Part shown: positions 1-12,775 of the stretch, piece after piece | Position numbering within the stretch: position 1 is the first letter of the stretch | How the letters are laid out: each line of letters starts with the position of its first letter | Made by a program: the position numbers and the translations under genes | Assembly (NCBI GenBank): GCA_964016885.1 | Contig: OZ024742.1 | Location: forward strand, 322,338,001-322,402,000 | From: Eledone cirrhosa | Taxonomy: Eukaryota | Direction of reading: 5' to 3' | DNA length: 64,000 bases | Notes under the pieces: model-generated | Databases searched by the model: none | Told to the model about the DNA's origin: nothing | Seen by the model: the letters and a program-made list of their open reading frames with translations, nothing else

Positions 1-720
1 TTGTTTTCTTCATTCCATATCACTATATCTGGTTTGATCTGTTTGCATTTGATTGGGGTTTTGACTGGAACATTCCGGCAGTATTCATTCATATGTATAT
101 GGTCCCCAAATTGCTGTAACCTTTTATATGTTTATTATTGGGGCTATCCATTCTACGGATTGCATCATACCTCATAGGTAAATAGTATCGTGATCACATC
201 TTTGGACAGCTATTTATAGAATGACATTTTCGATGTTTTCCTGCAGTCTGCATCTGTTATCACATCTAAGTGTTTAGCCTGTATCCCTATCTCTTTCGTG
301 AATCAGGAATTTGTAGTTATTTCCTGTTCTTGAATTGCAAAAGCATATCCTTCAAAGTGATAGCCAATAAAGCGGTTGTTGATCCAAGATAAAGTACTTT
401 GCTGATCCATATTACTCTGTTTGGAGCTTCCTGGCAATATAGCCATGCATGATCTTTTTCTGAGAAGCATGCAGTTTTTCCCTTGTAGTATTCCTTGTAG
501 TTTTCCCTTGTGGTATTCCTGTGCGATTGTTGGTTATCATGCAGGGAGTATTTCTCAAGGAGCTCCTTCCCAACTCTCATGATGTTGTCTGTTTCATGTA
601 GACAGACTTGTTCACTAGTTGGGCTTCTACGCTTGGTGGTTCATAAATGTTGTCGGAGAGATATGATGCGACACTCAAATGCTGTCTGGGCTGATGTTAG
701 GCCTCTGCCCTCCTGTTTGC
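1..720 (-). mobile_element. Decayed RLE-type non-LTR retrotransposon C-terminus (R4/Dong-like)
   Basis: Minus-strand frameshifted translation gives CDNRCRL..ENIENV..INSCPKM.SRYYLPMRYD (CCHC knuckle remnant) followed by KCKQIKPDIVIW (PD nuclease motif). Confidence 0.65.
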
Positions 721-806
721 GTTTCAGGTAGAGGCGGTGTATGTCACTGGAAAATTCCCGTGCTGGTAAGGATTTTTCGGGTTTTAACATCGATGGCTCG
801 GATTTC

Positions 807-1185
807 ATGTATGTATGTATGTATGTATGTATGTATGTATGTATGTATGTATGTATGTTGTTTGCATTATGTTATATATGTGTATGTGTGTGTGTATGTA
901 ATGTATGTAAGTATGTATATATGTATGTATGTATGTTGTTTGCATTATGTTATATATGTGTATGTGTGTGTGTATGTAATGTATGTAAGTATGTATATAT
1001 GTATGTATGTATGTAATGTATATATGTATGTAATGTATGTAAGTATGTATATATGTATGTATGTATGTTGTTTGCATTATGTTATATATGTGTATGTGTG
1101 TGTGTATGTAATGTATGTAAGTATGTATATATGTATGTATGTAATGTATATATGTATGTAATGTATGTAATATATGTATGTATGT
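807..1185. repeat. (TATG)n compound microsatellite with a repeated higher-order unit
   Basis: tatg runs with recurring ttgtttgcattatgttatatatgtg. Confidence 0.9.
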
Positions 1186-1409
1186 TGCAGCCAATATATA
1201 TATTATATATCTGTGTGTGTATGTTTGGTATGTTCATTATCATTCAATGAGATGGTTGTATTTGATCTTCTCTGATGTTGCTGGTAAGAAGGGAACGGTA
1301 AGGTGGGAGGAGTGTGTTTGATCGGTCGCCTGCAATCAGGAAATAAACACAAATTGTTGCATCTCAAATCAAATCTTTCTTTCCTTTCCTCCTAGTTCTT
1401 CTTCTCCAG

Positions 1410-2040
1410 TAGCAGCAGCACCACCACCACCATCATCATCCCCATCGCCGCTGCCACCATTACAACAACCACCACCACCACCACTACTTCCACCATCTAC
1501 ATTATAATTACCCCATCATCACGCCAAAGCCGCTGCCACCATTACAACCACCACTACCTCCACCATCGACATTATAATTACCCCACCACCGTCATTACTC
1601 CCACAGTCACCATCATCCCCATCGCCCCTGCCATCATCACTACAACCACCACCATCATCATCTTTATCACAATAACCATAATATAGTAATAAATATCATC
1701 AGATGCTGAAGCAGTTTCTCTTTTGTCTTCTTTCTCGTCCACCTTTTTTCACAACATCGCCGTCATCGATTCCACCACCACCTCACCACCGCCACTACTA
1801 CTACTAATAATGATCTGCTCTACCACCATACCACTATCATCACCAACAACAACAACAGCAACACATCACTACTATTAATACTACCAACAGTACTGTACTT
1901 CTAATCTACACTACTAATACCCCACCACCATCACCGCCACCACCACCAGCACCACCATCATCACTATCACTACCGCCGCCACCACCAGCATACCTACTAC
2001 CAACACTACTACACGTTCCTACTCCTACCACCATCGCCTA
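1410..2040. repeat. (CAC/CAT/ACT)n low-complexity tract
   Basis: Direct inspection. Confidence 0.8.
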
Positions 2041-2322
2041 GTTTAGACGGACACATGGCTGGAATAGAGCTATTAATAAGCTACAGGTAACGGAGAGAGA
2101 GAGAGAGTGAGTAAGGAAGACAGTGAGAGACACAGTAAAAGAGAGAGGCGAAGATACACACACCAACTGACTACGTTAGGAGAGACAAGGTGAGTGGAGC
2201 TTTTACAAAATTTACCTTAAATATATATATATATGTGTGTGTGTGTGTATGTATATATATATGTGTATATATATGTATATATATATATGTGTGTGTGTGT
2301 ATGTATGCATGTATGTATCATC

Positions 2323-2353
<31 letters not shown>

Positions 2354-2397
2354 GCGATATATGTGTGTGTGACTGTCTGTATATGTATGTGTTAAAT

Positions 2398-2792
2398 CAG
2401 CGGGCTCCCACCCTGTGGTTTCCAGACCCGTTGGGACGTAGGACCGTGGGTTTGCTAAGTAGACAGATCTTTCAAAAGCCTAGTTGGGACCTTGTGAATA
2501 TAAACTTTGAAGAAAATGAAAATATTTCGTCTGATTCACTGGATTCATTGCGTATGTACACATTGAAGTCGGGGTTAGAGTTAAGGTTAAGGTTAGGGTC
2601 AGATTTAGAGTTTACAGTCAGTTGGGGTTCTTTCGTAAGCTCGTACGTATGTAGGAACGGAGCCTGCATATTGAATCTGATGAATCCAAACGAGGTATTT
2701 TCATTTTCTTCAAAAGAGATCTATTATCAGTAATATCCAAAGTCATTTATATATACAGTGTCCTTTAGCAGTGAAAGGTTGGGAAACCACTG
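2398..2792. mobile_element. hAT-like MITE with a nested inverted-repeat element containing TTAGGG-like repeats
   Basis: Termini cagcgggctcccacc / ggttgggaaaccactg; internal arms tttgaagaaaatgaaaata (~2506) and tattttcattttcttcaaa (~2696); ggggttagagttaaggttaaggttaggg in the middle. Confidence 0.5.
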
Positions 2793-2924
2793 TTGTTAAT
2801 TAAATCTTTTTTTTTTCACTGTTGTTGTTGACGTTGTTGTTATTTAGTCCCAGGTCAACTTTATGATAAAAAGCATACATGTCTTATTACCTTTTTTTAA
2901 AGGCATAATGTAACACACACGCGC

Positions 2925-3000
<76 letters not shown>

Positions 3001-3465
3001 CTTTTTAAGACTGTAAGACGTAATTTAAGGGAGATTTGGCTGCTATTTCTAGCATATTGAGCAACTACGTTAGGGTTCGCCCGTTGTTGTTGATAATGTT
3101 ATTGTTTATGTTTAGCTCCAGGTCAGCCCTGATCGAGCAGGCCTTAGGATCAAAGCCTATTCCAGATCTGATTCTCCTACTTTTATTAGTGGACAAATGT
3201 GAAAGGTAAGCCCCCAGAACTGGTAATAAGCCCAGGCTATATGTGAAATGTAGTCTCTTCGCCACCCCTACCACCCCAAATAATTATAGGCCCAAGTCAG
3301 ATGTAAAATGTAAACCTTCAAAACTGGTCATAGACCCAGGCCAAATGAAATATGTAGGCCCCATTTCAAACGGCTCATAAAGTAGTTTAGTAATCAGTGT
3401 TAAATACATATGATTTATGCATAGGTTACATGTAGATGTAGTGTATATGTTGGACTTACGCGTGA

Positions 3466-3710
3466 TTTTGATTGGGCCTACTCCCCTCAAGAAGGAACAG
3501 GTACACTAGTTGGCATGGACCTGCGATTTTGATGGGGCCTATTTACTACAAATTTCTAGTTCTTTTATTTTGTTCTGAACTAGAGATTTAAGGTAAATAG
3601 GCTCCATCAAAATCGCAGGTCCATGCCAACTAGTGTACCTGGCCCTTCTTGAGGGGAGTAGGCTTCATCAAAATCGCAGACCCATGTCAACTTGTATACT
3701 TGGTCCTTCT
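3466..3710. mobile_element. Fold-back/MITE-like long inverted repeat
   Basis: ~80-bp arms 3466-3548 and 3594-3675 are near-perfect reverse complements with internal sub-repeats. Confidence 0.7.
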
Positions 3711-3829
3711 ATGGTCTGGCCGGCCAGTCATGTTTTTTTTTTTTTTTTTTTTAACAATCAAAGGTTGACCAAACAAGATGTGAGGGGAATTTAGTAGAAA
3801 CTTTTCTATTGTCTATATACAGTGTTGGA

Positions 3830-4150
3830 CCTCCGTCGATTTCGGCGACGAGTGTTCCAATTGATTCGATCAACAGAACAGCCTGCTCATGAAATTACCG
3901 TGCAAGTGGTTGCGCATTCCGCAATCAGGTGTATCCTTAACCTGGTTCTCAGGGAAATTCAGCGTGATGTAGTGTGAGTGACAAGGCTGATCCTTTTAAT
4001 TACAGGTATAACTCATTTTTCCCGACTGAGTAGACTGGAGTATCGTGAATAAAGTATATTACTCAAGGATACAACTTAACGCTGGCAATCAAACACATAA
4101 TATCACAACCGTGAGCCGAACACTCTAGTCACTAAGCCACGCTCCTTCAT
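3830..4150 (-). mobile_element. tRNA-derived CORE-type SINE
   Basis: Minus strand has a tRNA-like head (gtggcttagtg...) then a gttgtatccttgagtaa CORE-like motif; related copies at 7940, 49490, 62000. Confidence 0.7.
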
Positions 4151-4244
4151 CGTAATATATTACAGTCGGTTCAAGCAACAATGTATTCTCGTATAGATTT
4201 GTTGCCTTTGGGACAACGTACGACATTGTTATTGTTCATTAATA

Positions 4245-4385
4245 TTGAGTTCAAATCCTGCCGAGATCAACTTTAACCATTCATCTTTCCGGGGTCGATA
4301 AAATAAAATACCAAGTCATATATTATTATCGATTTAACCGGCTAATAGCCCCTCCACCCGAACATGTGGCATTGTGCCAAAGTTA
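4245..4385 (+). mobile_element. tRNA-derived SINE (B-box gagttcaaatcc family), partial
   Basis: Same family as 15074-15250. Confidence 0.7.
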
Positions 4386-5162
4386 ATAATCAATATTGAG
4401 TTGAGTTTGCCTTTCATTATTCGGTGGCAGTGGCGGTTGGTGATAAGTGAAGTATTTGCTGTTGTTTCGCCACAGGTCAGCCCTGATATAACAGACCTAT
4501 TATCAAAGGTGTTCCAGCCATGACCATTTTATCTATAACTTTTGTCATAGCCACAGATTGATCAAAGCGAAAAAGATACGCTAAACTCAAAGATCGTCCA
4601 TTATACAATATCCTTTTGGGGTTATTATGGTTGTTTTTAGGGAAATATGGTTGTTTTTTCTAGTAGATGGAGAAACCACAAACAGGCTTCTTCTTTGATA
4701 TGGTTGTCACGTTTTGTTGTTTAACACTAGATTAGACATAATCCAGCAGAACTATGATCAAAGCACTCCATTTGTGACCAACCCATTTTTATTCGTATTC
4801 GTATATAAAAAGCCCATGCTGGAGTGACAGTGGATCGAAAACATGTTGAAATATCTGTCCGTCCATCTTGATCAAGAACTTTCTACGATATATATATATA
4901 TATATATATATATGAAAATAGAGAAATTAATGTGAGCGAGAATCCAACAGTAATTCATAATGTATAAGTGACTATAACGTCAAGGTGGAAAATATTTAAC
5001 GTAAGATATGGGAAAATAATTCAATCTCAATTCAAAAAAAGTCAAGACAGAAATTTTATCCACAGATTTAGTGAAACCCAGGGAAAAAAACCAATAGAGT
5101 CTTAACTCAGAATAAAATGAACGGTTAATACTTATCCTTCAATTTGGAAAAATCTACAAATG

Positions 5163-5262
<100 letters not shown>

Positions 5263-5897
5263 TGATGATGATGATGACCTTGGCTGCAACTCGATTTCGA
5301 GTAATGCCATCGCTTGATATTTAAGCATGAGCATCACGTACATGACGTTTTAGTCCTGGAAAGGACTTGCCTATGGCCAACAATATCATGCAAAAAAATG
5401 TCACATATTAAGCGATGCCTGTGCTTGAAGCTTTTTTAAGTGAGGAAAGGCTTTGCACGGAGTCAATCCCACTCTCTGAAAATAGAATGCATTTGCCCAA
5501 AAAGAAGAACTGGTCCACATCATTGGATGCAAACGAAGTCGCAGGTTTTATATCAGAGTGACCTTCTCCTAGAGGAATGTCTTAATGAAGACTACAAGTC
5601 ACTCGCTCAAAAAAAAAAAAAGAATTATTGGATGGCCGTTGACTCTTCTGAGTTCCTCCGCCCTTTGACGGGTTTGGTTTTTTATCCTGTAGGATGTCCC
5701 AAATCACTCTCCTCACCAAGCAAGCTTGGTGGGGTTGCCAATTTAGTCGCCGACGACCCGACCAGTCACATGTATTGGCTTACATGTTACGAGTAGCGTT
5801 GATGAGCGACCTGACAGCCGTGGACAATCCAGTTAGTTTCAATATTAAAGGGATATTGACTCGAGCCAGGGCTCACTTGATACTTAGGTTTAGCTTG

Positions 5898-5949
<52 letters not shown>

Positions 5950-6020
5950 AGCTAAACCTAAGTATCAATAAAATGTAATTGATCAAAAGAACATCTATTT
6001 TATTAATATTTGTATTTTTG

Positions 6021-6070
<50 letters not shown>

Positions 6071-6164
6071 GAAGTATTTCCGTGGGAAAGGTAAAGGAAA
6101 AGAGAGTGCTCTATGTAGGCTACAGACCTTTTTAGTTATGTAATGAACAACATAAAATAATTAG

Positions 6165-6224
6165 TTCATTTACCAGTGGTTTCTTGAAGACAGATATAAA
6201 TATGTCTTCAGTCATCAGAAAGAA
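6165..6224 (-). ncRNA. Type I hammerhead ribozyme (family C), left arm of fold-back
   Basis: Minus: ttcttt CTGATGA c-tgaagaca..tgtcttca-a GAAA ccactgg TA/ aatgaa. Confidence 0.7.
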
Positions 6225-6271
6225 TAACATGAATTCTTTCAGAAATAATAGCATGGAATCTTTCCATGTTA

Positions 6272-6333
6272 TTCTTTCTGACGACTGAAGACAGATATAA
6301 ATATCTGTCTTCAAGAAACCACTGGTAAATGAA
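6272..6333 (+). ncRNA. Type I hammerhead ribozyme (family C), right arm of fold-back
   Basis: ttcttt CTGACGA c-tgaagacagatat aa atatctgtcttca-a GAAA ccactgg TA/ aatgaa; predicted cleavage after 6327. Confidence 0.75.
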
Positions 6334-6357
6334 TTAATTATCTTATGTTGTTTATTA

Positions 6358-6397
<40 letters not shown>

Positions 6398-6689
6398 TCA
6401 ATGACTGACTGAATACGCATGTGTGTTTTTTCTCCTTTTTTTTCTCATTTTCCCCCGTTCCTTCCTCTTCTGACTATTTATCTTTCTATTTTATCGTCTA
6501 TTTTTAACTGATGAAGAACTGGTGTCCGAAACGTTAAGACTCTTTTCCTGCTATTTCATGCGCTAAACTAATATACTTCTTCAATGTACTGCGTCGTTTG
6601 CTTTGTTATTTCTGTTTGATTTTTTACAACACTTTCATATAGCTCTATTATTCAATTACATAAATATTTACATAAAGATATAGAATCAA

Positions 6690-6920
6690 AGTGAAAGAAA
6701 AACTTAATTCAACACTGTGTCAATCGGTGACACACCACAAGGAGTGCTGAAGTCTCCCTCTATTTTTGAGGCAAGCTAACACGCTCGCAGAATTACCGCG
6801 GCTGATGGCGAGGCTAAGGCACTAGAACAACCAAGCACCCTCACGAGCCTCACCTGACACCTCGGCAAGGCGAGCAACCAGTAATGACAAGAACTTCACT
6901 GACAGCGGCCCAGCTCCCCC
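6690..6920 (-). mobile_element. CRE-like retrotransposon 3' fragment
   Basis: Reverse-complement match to 19920-20140. Confidence 0.7.
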
Positions 6921-7046
6921 AATATAATATTTATGTAATTAAGTAATAGAGTTATATGCAAGTACTATAAAAAAATTACAGAGAGAGAGATTGGAAGTTA
7001 CCAGTTGCCGTCGAAACGGCAAGTGCTCAGCCATCGGACACTAACT

Positions 7047-7090
<44 letters not shown>

Positions 7091-7189
7091 GAGTTAAACA
7101 AGATTCAATGAGTATATCAAAGAATGAGTTTTACAGTAGATTGGAAGCACTCTACGAGAAAAATAATTTCAAGAGTTATTAATATTAAA

Positions 7190-7375
7190 ATACAAATATT
7201 AATAAAATAGATGTTCTTTTGATCAATTACATTTTATTATACATATTTCGGAGGTACAACAGTACGTCCTCATCAAACAAAATATAATGATGCATGACAT
7301 ACCCTGAGATGTTAAATATGTATAATAAAATGTAATTGATCAAAAGAACATCTATTTTATTAATATTTGTATTTA
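7190..7375. mobile_element. Fold-back element with minimal hammerhead-like motif (family F) on minus strand
   Basis: ~60-bp inverted arms; minus strand TTGATGA ggacgtac tgtt gtacctcc GAAA tatg TA (C3 mutated to U). Confidence 0.6.
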
Positions 7376-7394
7376 AATATATATATATATATAT

Positions 7395-7444
<50 letters not shown>

Positions 7445-7852
7445 GAAGGGATTGTCCTGTGTTTCCTCTGTTTTTCCGTTATCTCCGCCCCACCTTTTTT
7501 AAAATTAATTATATGTGCGTGTATGTCTGTGTGCTCCGTGTCACGTTGCGTAGAAATTTAACAACAAAAAAGAGATCGATAAAATAAGTACCAGATTTGA
7601 AACAAGTGGTGGGGTCGATATGACCAACTAAATCTATTTAAAGCGGTGCTCCAGCATGACCGCAGTCTAAAGACTGAAACCAGTAAAAGAATAGTTGTGT
7701 CGTTGTTGTAGCAGAGATGTCCTTGGGAATGCGGAAATTTCCTCATCCTCTCACCTTTAACTTTGGAATACACTTCGCGGTTTAAGGAATTCTATCTCTA
7801 GTAGTTCTCCCTTTCTTTTATAATTCCATTCACATATAGCCTGCTTTATATG

Positions 7853-7856
<4 letters not shown>

Positions 7857-7937
<81 letters not shown>
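7857..7937. repeat. (GT)n microsatellite
   Basis: Direct inspection. Confidence 0.95.
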
Positions 7938-7939
<2 letters not shown>

Positions 7940-8380
7940 GGACCTCTGTCGGTTGCAGCGACGAGTGTTCCAGTTATTCGAACAACAGAACAGCTTGCTC
8001 GTGAAATTTACGTGCAAGTAGGTGAGCAGTCTACAGACACGTGCACTCTTAGTGTAGTTCTCAGGGAGATTCAGCATAACGTGACTATATAACAAGGCTG
8101 GCTCTTTGAATTATAGTTACCCTCCGTCTTCAACTATAGTGTAGATGGTTGAGTATTCCACAGACACGTGCGTCCATAACGTAATTCTCAGAGATTCAGG
8201 GTAACAGTGTAACAAGGCTGGCCTTTGGAATTACTGGTACAACTCGTTTTTGCCAACTCATTGGACTAGAGTAACGCAAAATAAATTGTGTTGCTCAAAT
8301 ATACAAAGCGCCTGAGAGAACCGAACTTACAACTTTGCAATCAGGAGCCGAACACCCTAACCACTAAGATACGCGCCTTT
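7940..8380 (-). mobile_element. CORE-type SINE with internal duplication
   Basis: Homologous to 3830-4150; cagacacgtg...aacaaggctgg segment present twice. Confidence 0.7.
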
Positions 8381-8599
8381 ATAAAGGCACATACTAGCAC
8401 TTTAATGCAACACTTTTTTGCCTGTTTATTTTGTTTGTTTTTTACTAACAAGATGCCAAGCATCTGTAAAAAGTATAGTTTAAAATTACATTATGTTTAA
8501 TGATTAAAGACAATATGAAAGAAAATGATTGTAATTGATTTAAATCAATGTAAAATGAAATTATTGGTCGGTGATTGCCGTCTAAAATCGAAAGAATGC

Positions 8600-9350
8600 T
8601 AGCGAGAATATATTTTATATTTTGGGGCCATCGATGGAGTTTTTACATGGTCGTTCGGTCTGTTTAGAAATAGCAACATGAATCCAATCAAATTTCTAAA
8701 ATAAAGAGGCAGATATGCATTTGTAGAGTTTAGCGTTCCACTTACACTTTTGTCAATCTGCTTGCCTCCAGAGCGCAGGCCGCTCTCAACGACATTGAAA
8801 AGGAGCCTGGATACAACTGGTTTCCCATCACAATTGGAGCCAGCAGGCCTTGACCGCCGAGACGGCAAGCGCCCCAACAGAATTACCCTCTTCCCATTCG
8901 AAGGAAGTAGAAACCTCATCTGGGACGCCACATCTGACACGTTCTCCGCCTCAAAACTTAGTCGCTTCGGCCACAATGCAGAGGAAAGGAAAACAAACAA
9001 ATACTGGGGATTGTCCGGCGGCTTCCTCTTCGAACTGGTCGCCGTCGTGACCAGGCGTACTCGGACCCCTGCCGAGCTCCTCCAGAAGATCAGAACGTCA
9101 GCAACCCACTCGAGGAAAGGGCCCCACTAAGTGGAGTGGCTGTTGCAGCTGGCCATTGTTCGCGGACGCAGCCCCATCACCACCTCGCCCTAGGCCTATC
9201 ACCCTTCCCTTTCTTCTGTTACCCTAGAGTCCTTGCTTTTCCTCTCATTTATGGCTTTCACAGTCCTTTCCTCTACTTTCCCATACAGCCAGATTTGCTC
9301 CTCCTTATCCCTTACCCATTTTCTCATTACTTAATTTTGCTTTTATCTTT
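8600..9350 (+). mobile_element. Decayed CRE-clade non-LTR retrotransposon (RLE domain + 3' UTR)
   Basis: LEPAGLDRRDGKRPNRITLFPFEGSRNLIWDAT matches the CRE RLE pattern; 3' UTR similar to 37070-37330. Confidence 0.75.
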
Positions 9351-9985
9351 CTTTCTCATATTTATTTATCTTTTGAGTATCAGAGTGAAGGTGAAGCTCC
9401 TAAATCAAAGAAAGGATGCATTGGACAATGAAGTTCTAAATACTCCTGAAAAGGTGGCTAAAGCGCCGACTACCATAGGACCCGATCGTTCGAGGCTGAC
9501 TTAAGGCTAATTAACTACAACATATTCTAATTTTGTTTACGCTTGTAGAGAATATACATAATTATAAAACGTTCGTTTTGTATTTCTGTTGCCCTTGTGG
9601 CAAGTAAAACACATTGATATATATAATATCAATGCATGTGTCTGCCTTACCTTCCGCCGACAGCTCTCTCAGTGACCAATCGTTCTATTAGTGATTTTTT
9701 TTTTCAAACTTATTTTACAAGTTTCTGTTTATATATATATATATATAGGAACGAGTAGGACCCCGACGGCTGAGCTCAAGCCGTTTCGACGGCTAATTCT
9801 GGACATTAGTCCAGAATTATATATATGGACATTAGTCCAGAATTATATAAATGGAAAAAATGAAATTTCATTTCTCACTCTTATATATATATAACGAAGG
9901 AAATGTGGTAAGGAACCAGATGGACCATTACGCACCAAAGTACTCAATACTTAGGGTAGTAGAGTGGGTAATAGGAACAAGTATG

Positions 9986-10081
9986 ACCTCGACGGCAGAG
10001 CTCAAGCCGTTTCGACAGCTAATTCTGGACTAAATAAGAATTTTTAGCCTGGTAAATAAATAGCCGAACTTCTCAGGGGGT
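9986..10081 (-). ncRNA. Degenerate type I hammerhead (family E)
   Basis: Minus: acccc CTGAGAA gttcggcta...tagctgtc GAAA cggcttgagctctgccg TC/ gaggt; sister copies read ggggt, which completes stem I. Confidence 0.6.
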
Positions 10082-10320
10082 AATTCCATATATGGGAGGA
10101 TAGTAATTGTCAAAAGGATTGGTCAAAAATTTGTTGTAAAGACAGCTGATTCTATCATGGCATTTAGTGGGAGGTAGGGGTAGCTGAATATATATATATA
10201 ACAAAGTATAACAATATATATATATATACTTATATACTTATATACTTATATATATATATATATATATTGACTACCTTGATTAAATCTTAAACATCTAACA
10301 TGTCAGGGTATGTCATGTAT

Positions 10321-10392
10321 CATTTTATTTTATCTGATGAGGACGTACTATTGAACTTGATTCAAGTACCTCTGAAATATGTAAAATAAAAT
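10321..10392 (+). ncRNA. Minimal type I hammerhead-like motif (family F)
   Basis: CTGATGA ggacgtac-tattgaa..ttcaa-gtacctct GAAA tatg TA; AT-rich, imperfect stem I (attttattt/aaataaaat). Confidence 0.55.
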
Positions 10393-10636
10393 TTAATTGA
10401 TCACAAGAACATATATTTTATTAATACTTGAATTTAATATATATATATGTATATATATATGCAGAAGTTATATTTAATTTGTTGGGATTCAACAAGCTTA
10501 AAAGTTTAAAAGATATATATATATATATATATATAACAAAGTATAACAATATATATATATTACCCACTCTACTACCCTACGTACTGAGTACTCTGGTGCG
10601 TTATGGTCCATCTGGTTCCTTACCACAACTCCTTCG

Positions 10637-10668
<32 letters not shown>

Positions 10669-10672
<4 letters not shown>

Positions 10673-10917
10673 ATAGTTTGGGAGGGTCATGCTGCAAATA
10701 AAAACACACGCATCTGTTGGTTTTCACTTCAATTTATTATAAATTTCACGTTGGTTGATTGGATATCCGGATGGTTGTTTGTATATTGTCTCAGCTCTTT
10801 CGTCACACATTCTGTGACCTCCGCAGTGACTGTTTTTTTAATTTTGTGTCTCTCCTTTGTCTGTCCTACACCACCTTGTTTTTGTGTGTTGTGTGCTTAG
10901 TTTGCGCATGCGTTACA
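10669..10917. repeat. Interspersed repeat, possible solo-LTR remnant
   Basis: TGT...ACA ends; second copy at ~33685-33885. Confidence 0.4.
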
Positions 10918-11651
10918 TCCGGGGGGGGGGGGGGGGGTATTTATTTATGTGTTTATTTACCTGTCACTAGTTGGTTGTTTGTTCTATCTGTGTGTGTCTG
11001 CTTTGTTTTATTAGTTTGGTGTGTATATCATCATCATCGTTTAACGTCCATTTTCCACGTTAGCATGGGTTAGACGGTTCATGCCATTTGAGGTAAGTTG
11101 GGTCAGATGACTGTGTCTTACTCATATAGGACTGTTTCTGTCTAGGTTTCTACAGCTGGATGCCCTTCCTAACGCCAACCACATTTACAGTGTGTATATA
11201 AATATATATACACCATGTATATATATAATCAAATACGTAGATGGAAAAATTAGTTTTTAAATTATTTTTAATTCCTTATACTATCATATATAATTCTCTA
11301 TATACATTTGAATTTTGTACATATATGTTTACCTTTGCTATATACTGTGTATATATATATATATATAAAAATGAAGTATTTCCGTCGGAAAGGTACACAT
11401 ATGTATGTGTATGTAATTATATAGTAAGGTGTATTATTGGTTGTGTCAAACGGCCCAATAAATGTTTGTTAGCAATATTAAGTTCTCCCCGATTTTGTGT
11501 ATCTCCAATTCCATTCAAGGGAACAGCTAGATGATGTAAAACGGAGTATTTGTATCAAAATAAAGATCCGAAGGCATGGTATAAATTTCCAATCATATTA
11601 ATATGTGTATGTATGTATATATATATATATGTATATATATATGTGTATATT

Positions 11652-11720
<69 letters not shown>

Positions 11721-11721
11721 G

Positions 11722-11767
<46 letters not shown>

Positions 11768-11790
11768 ATATATATATATGTATATATATA

Positions 11791-11829
<39 letters not shown>

Positions 11830-11860
11830 AATATATATATATATGTATAATATATATATA

Positions 11861-12382
11861 TAAAAGTGGATGAATACTTCAACAGGCACTAAGTACTTGT
11901 AGAAATATGCAAGGTGTTTATAATAGTTGTGGTTCGATGGTACTAATTTGAGGTACCAGAACAATATAAAAAGAGCGGAGCAAGCGGTTATCAAACAATT
12001 CTCTAAATAAATTAAAAAACGATTCAAATAATCACCTGTTCTATTGCTGTTACCGACGGTTTCACCATTCCAAAAATTGGAAATCCAGAGAATTTCCAAT
12101 GGAAAGAAATGGATCTTCAGACAGCTTATTTCCATACTATAAGGTTGCCAGCCTTACAGCAAGTAAATATTTCGCTTCCTGCCCAACGCATGCGGTCAAG
12201 CCGTTAAAATGACACACACGCAAAATCAGGTCGCAGATAATAGCTGTTTATTATAAACGTGTTGATACTGCCACTAAAATTAACAACATTATTCAACGTT
12301 TTGTTCTCTACATAAGGAGAAAAATTATAAAAGTGGATGAATACTTCAACAGGCACTAAGTACTTATAGAAATATGCAAGGT

Positions 12383-12390
<8 letters not shown>
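11861..12390 (-). mobile_element. 467-bp terminally redundant element between (TA)n tracts
   Basis: ~60-bp direct repeat taaaagtggatgaatacttc...ggtgtttata starts at 11861 and 12328. Confidence 0.85.
12046..12125 (-). ncRNA. Type I hammerhead ribozyme with intact core (family B)
   Basis: Minus: gctgt CTGAAGA t-ccatt..attggaaat..atttccaat..aatgg-t GAAA ccg t cgg TA/ acagc; predicted cleavage between 12051 and 12050. Confidence 0.85.
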
Positions 12391-12457
<67 letters not shown>

Positions 12458-12685
12458 GAAACACACAGATACATGCGGACACACACATATACATGAATGC
12501 ATCCACACCCAACCGTGAGTTAAGGGTGCCAACCTCACCGATGTTGCTCAATGAATGACTGGGACAGACCAATCCGGTTGAACCAGACTGAACCAGTATC
12601 AGAGTTAAAAATACATTATGAAGAGAGAAGAAACATTTAGATATAATTAGTAATAAAATGTATCATACCCAAAGTGCTTCTAGAT

Positions 12686-12775
12686 TCCTCGACTACGTAG
12701 TTTCGTGGCATAAACAAAAACAATACATCATAAAGATATAGGATCCCTGCGAGGTCTGCCGACTTATCAAGAGGA
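12686..12775 (-). ncRNA. Type I hammerhead, U3-A8 variant (family A), unit 1
   Basis: Minus: tcctc TTGATAA gt-c-ggca [loop] tgcc-ac GAAA ctacgtag TC/ gagga. Confidence 0.8.

Larger units (their letters stand above)
9748..10640. mobile_element. Cluster of (TA)n-embedded family E/F fragments (Penelope pLTR-like), partly inverted
   Basis: Repeated gaaggaaatgtggtaaggaaccag...ccgtttcgac segment; inverted copy at 10560-10640; also at 32860 and 61350. Confidence 0.65.

Noticed and set aside
679-1250. YI/VC/HT-rich ORFs here and throughout the window
   Set aside because: Translations of (TA)n, (TG)n and (TATG)n microsatellites
2672-2712. CTGATGA motif as a hammerhead
   Set aside because: No pairable stem II and GAAA replaced by GAGG
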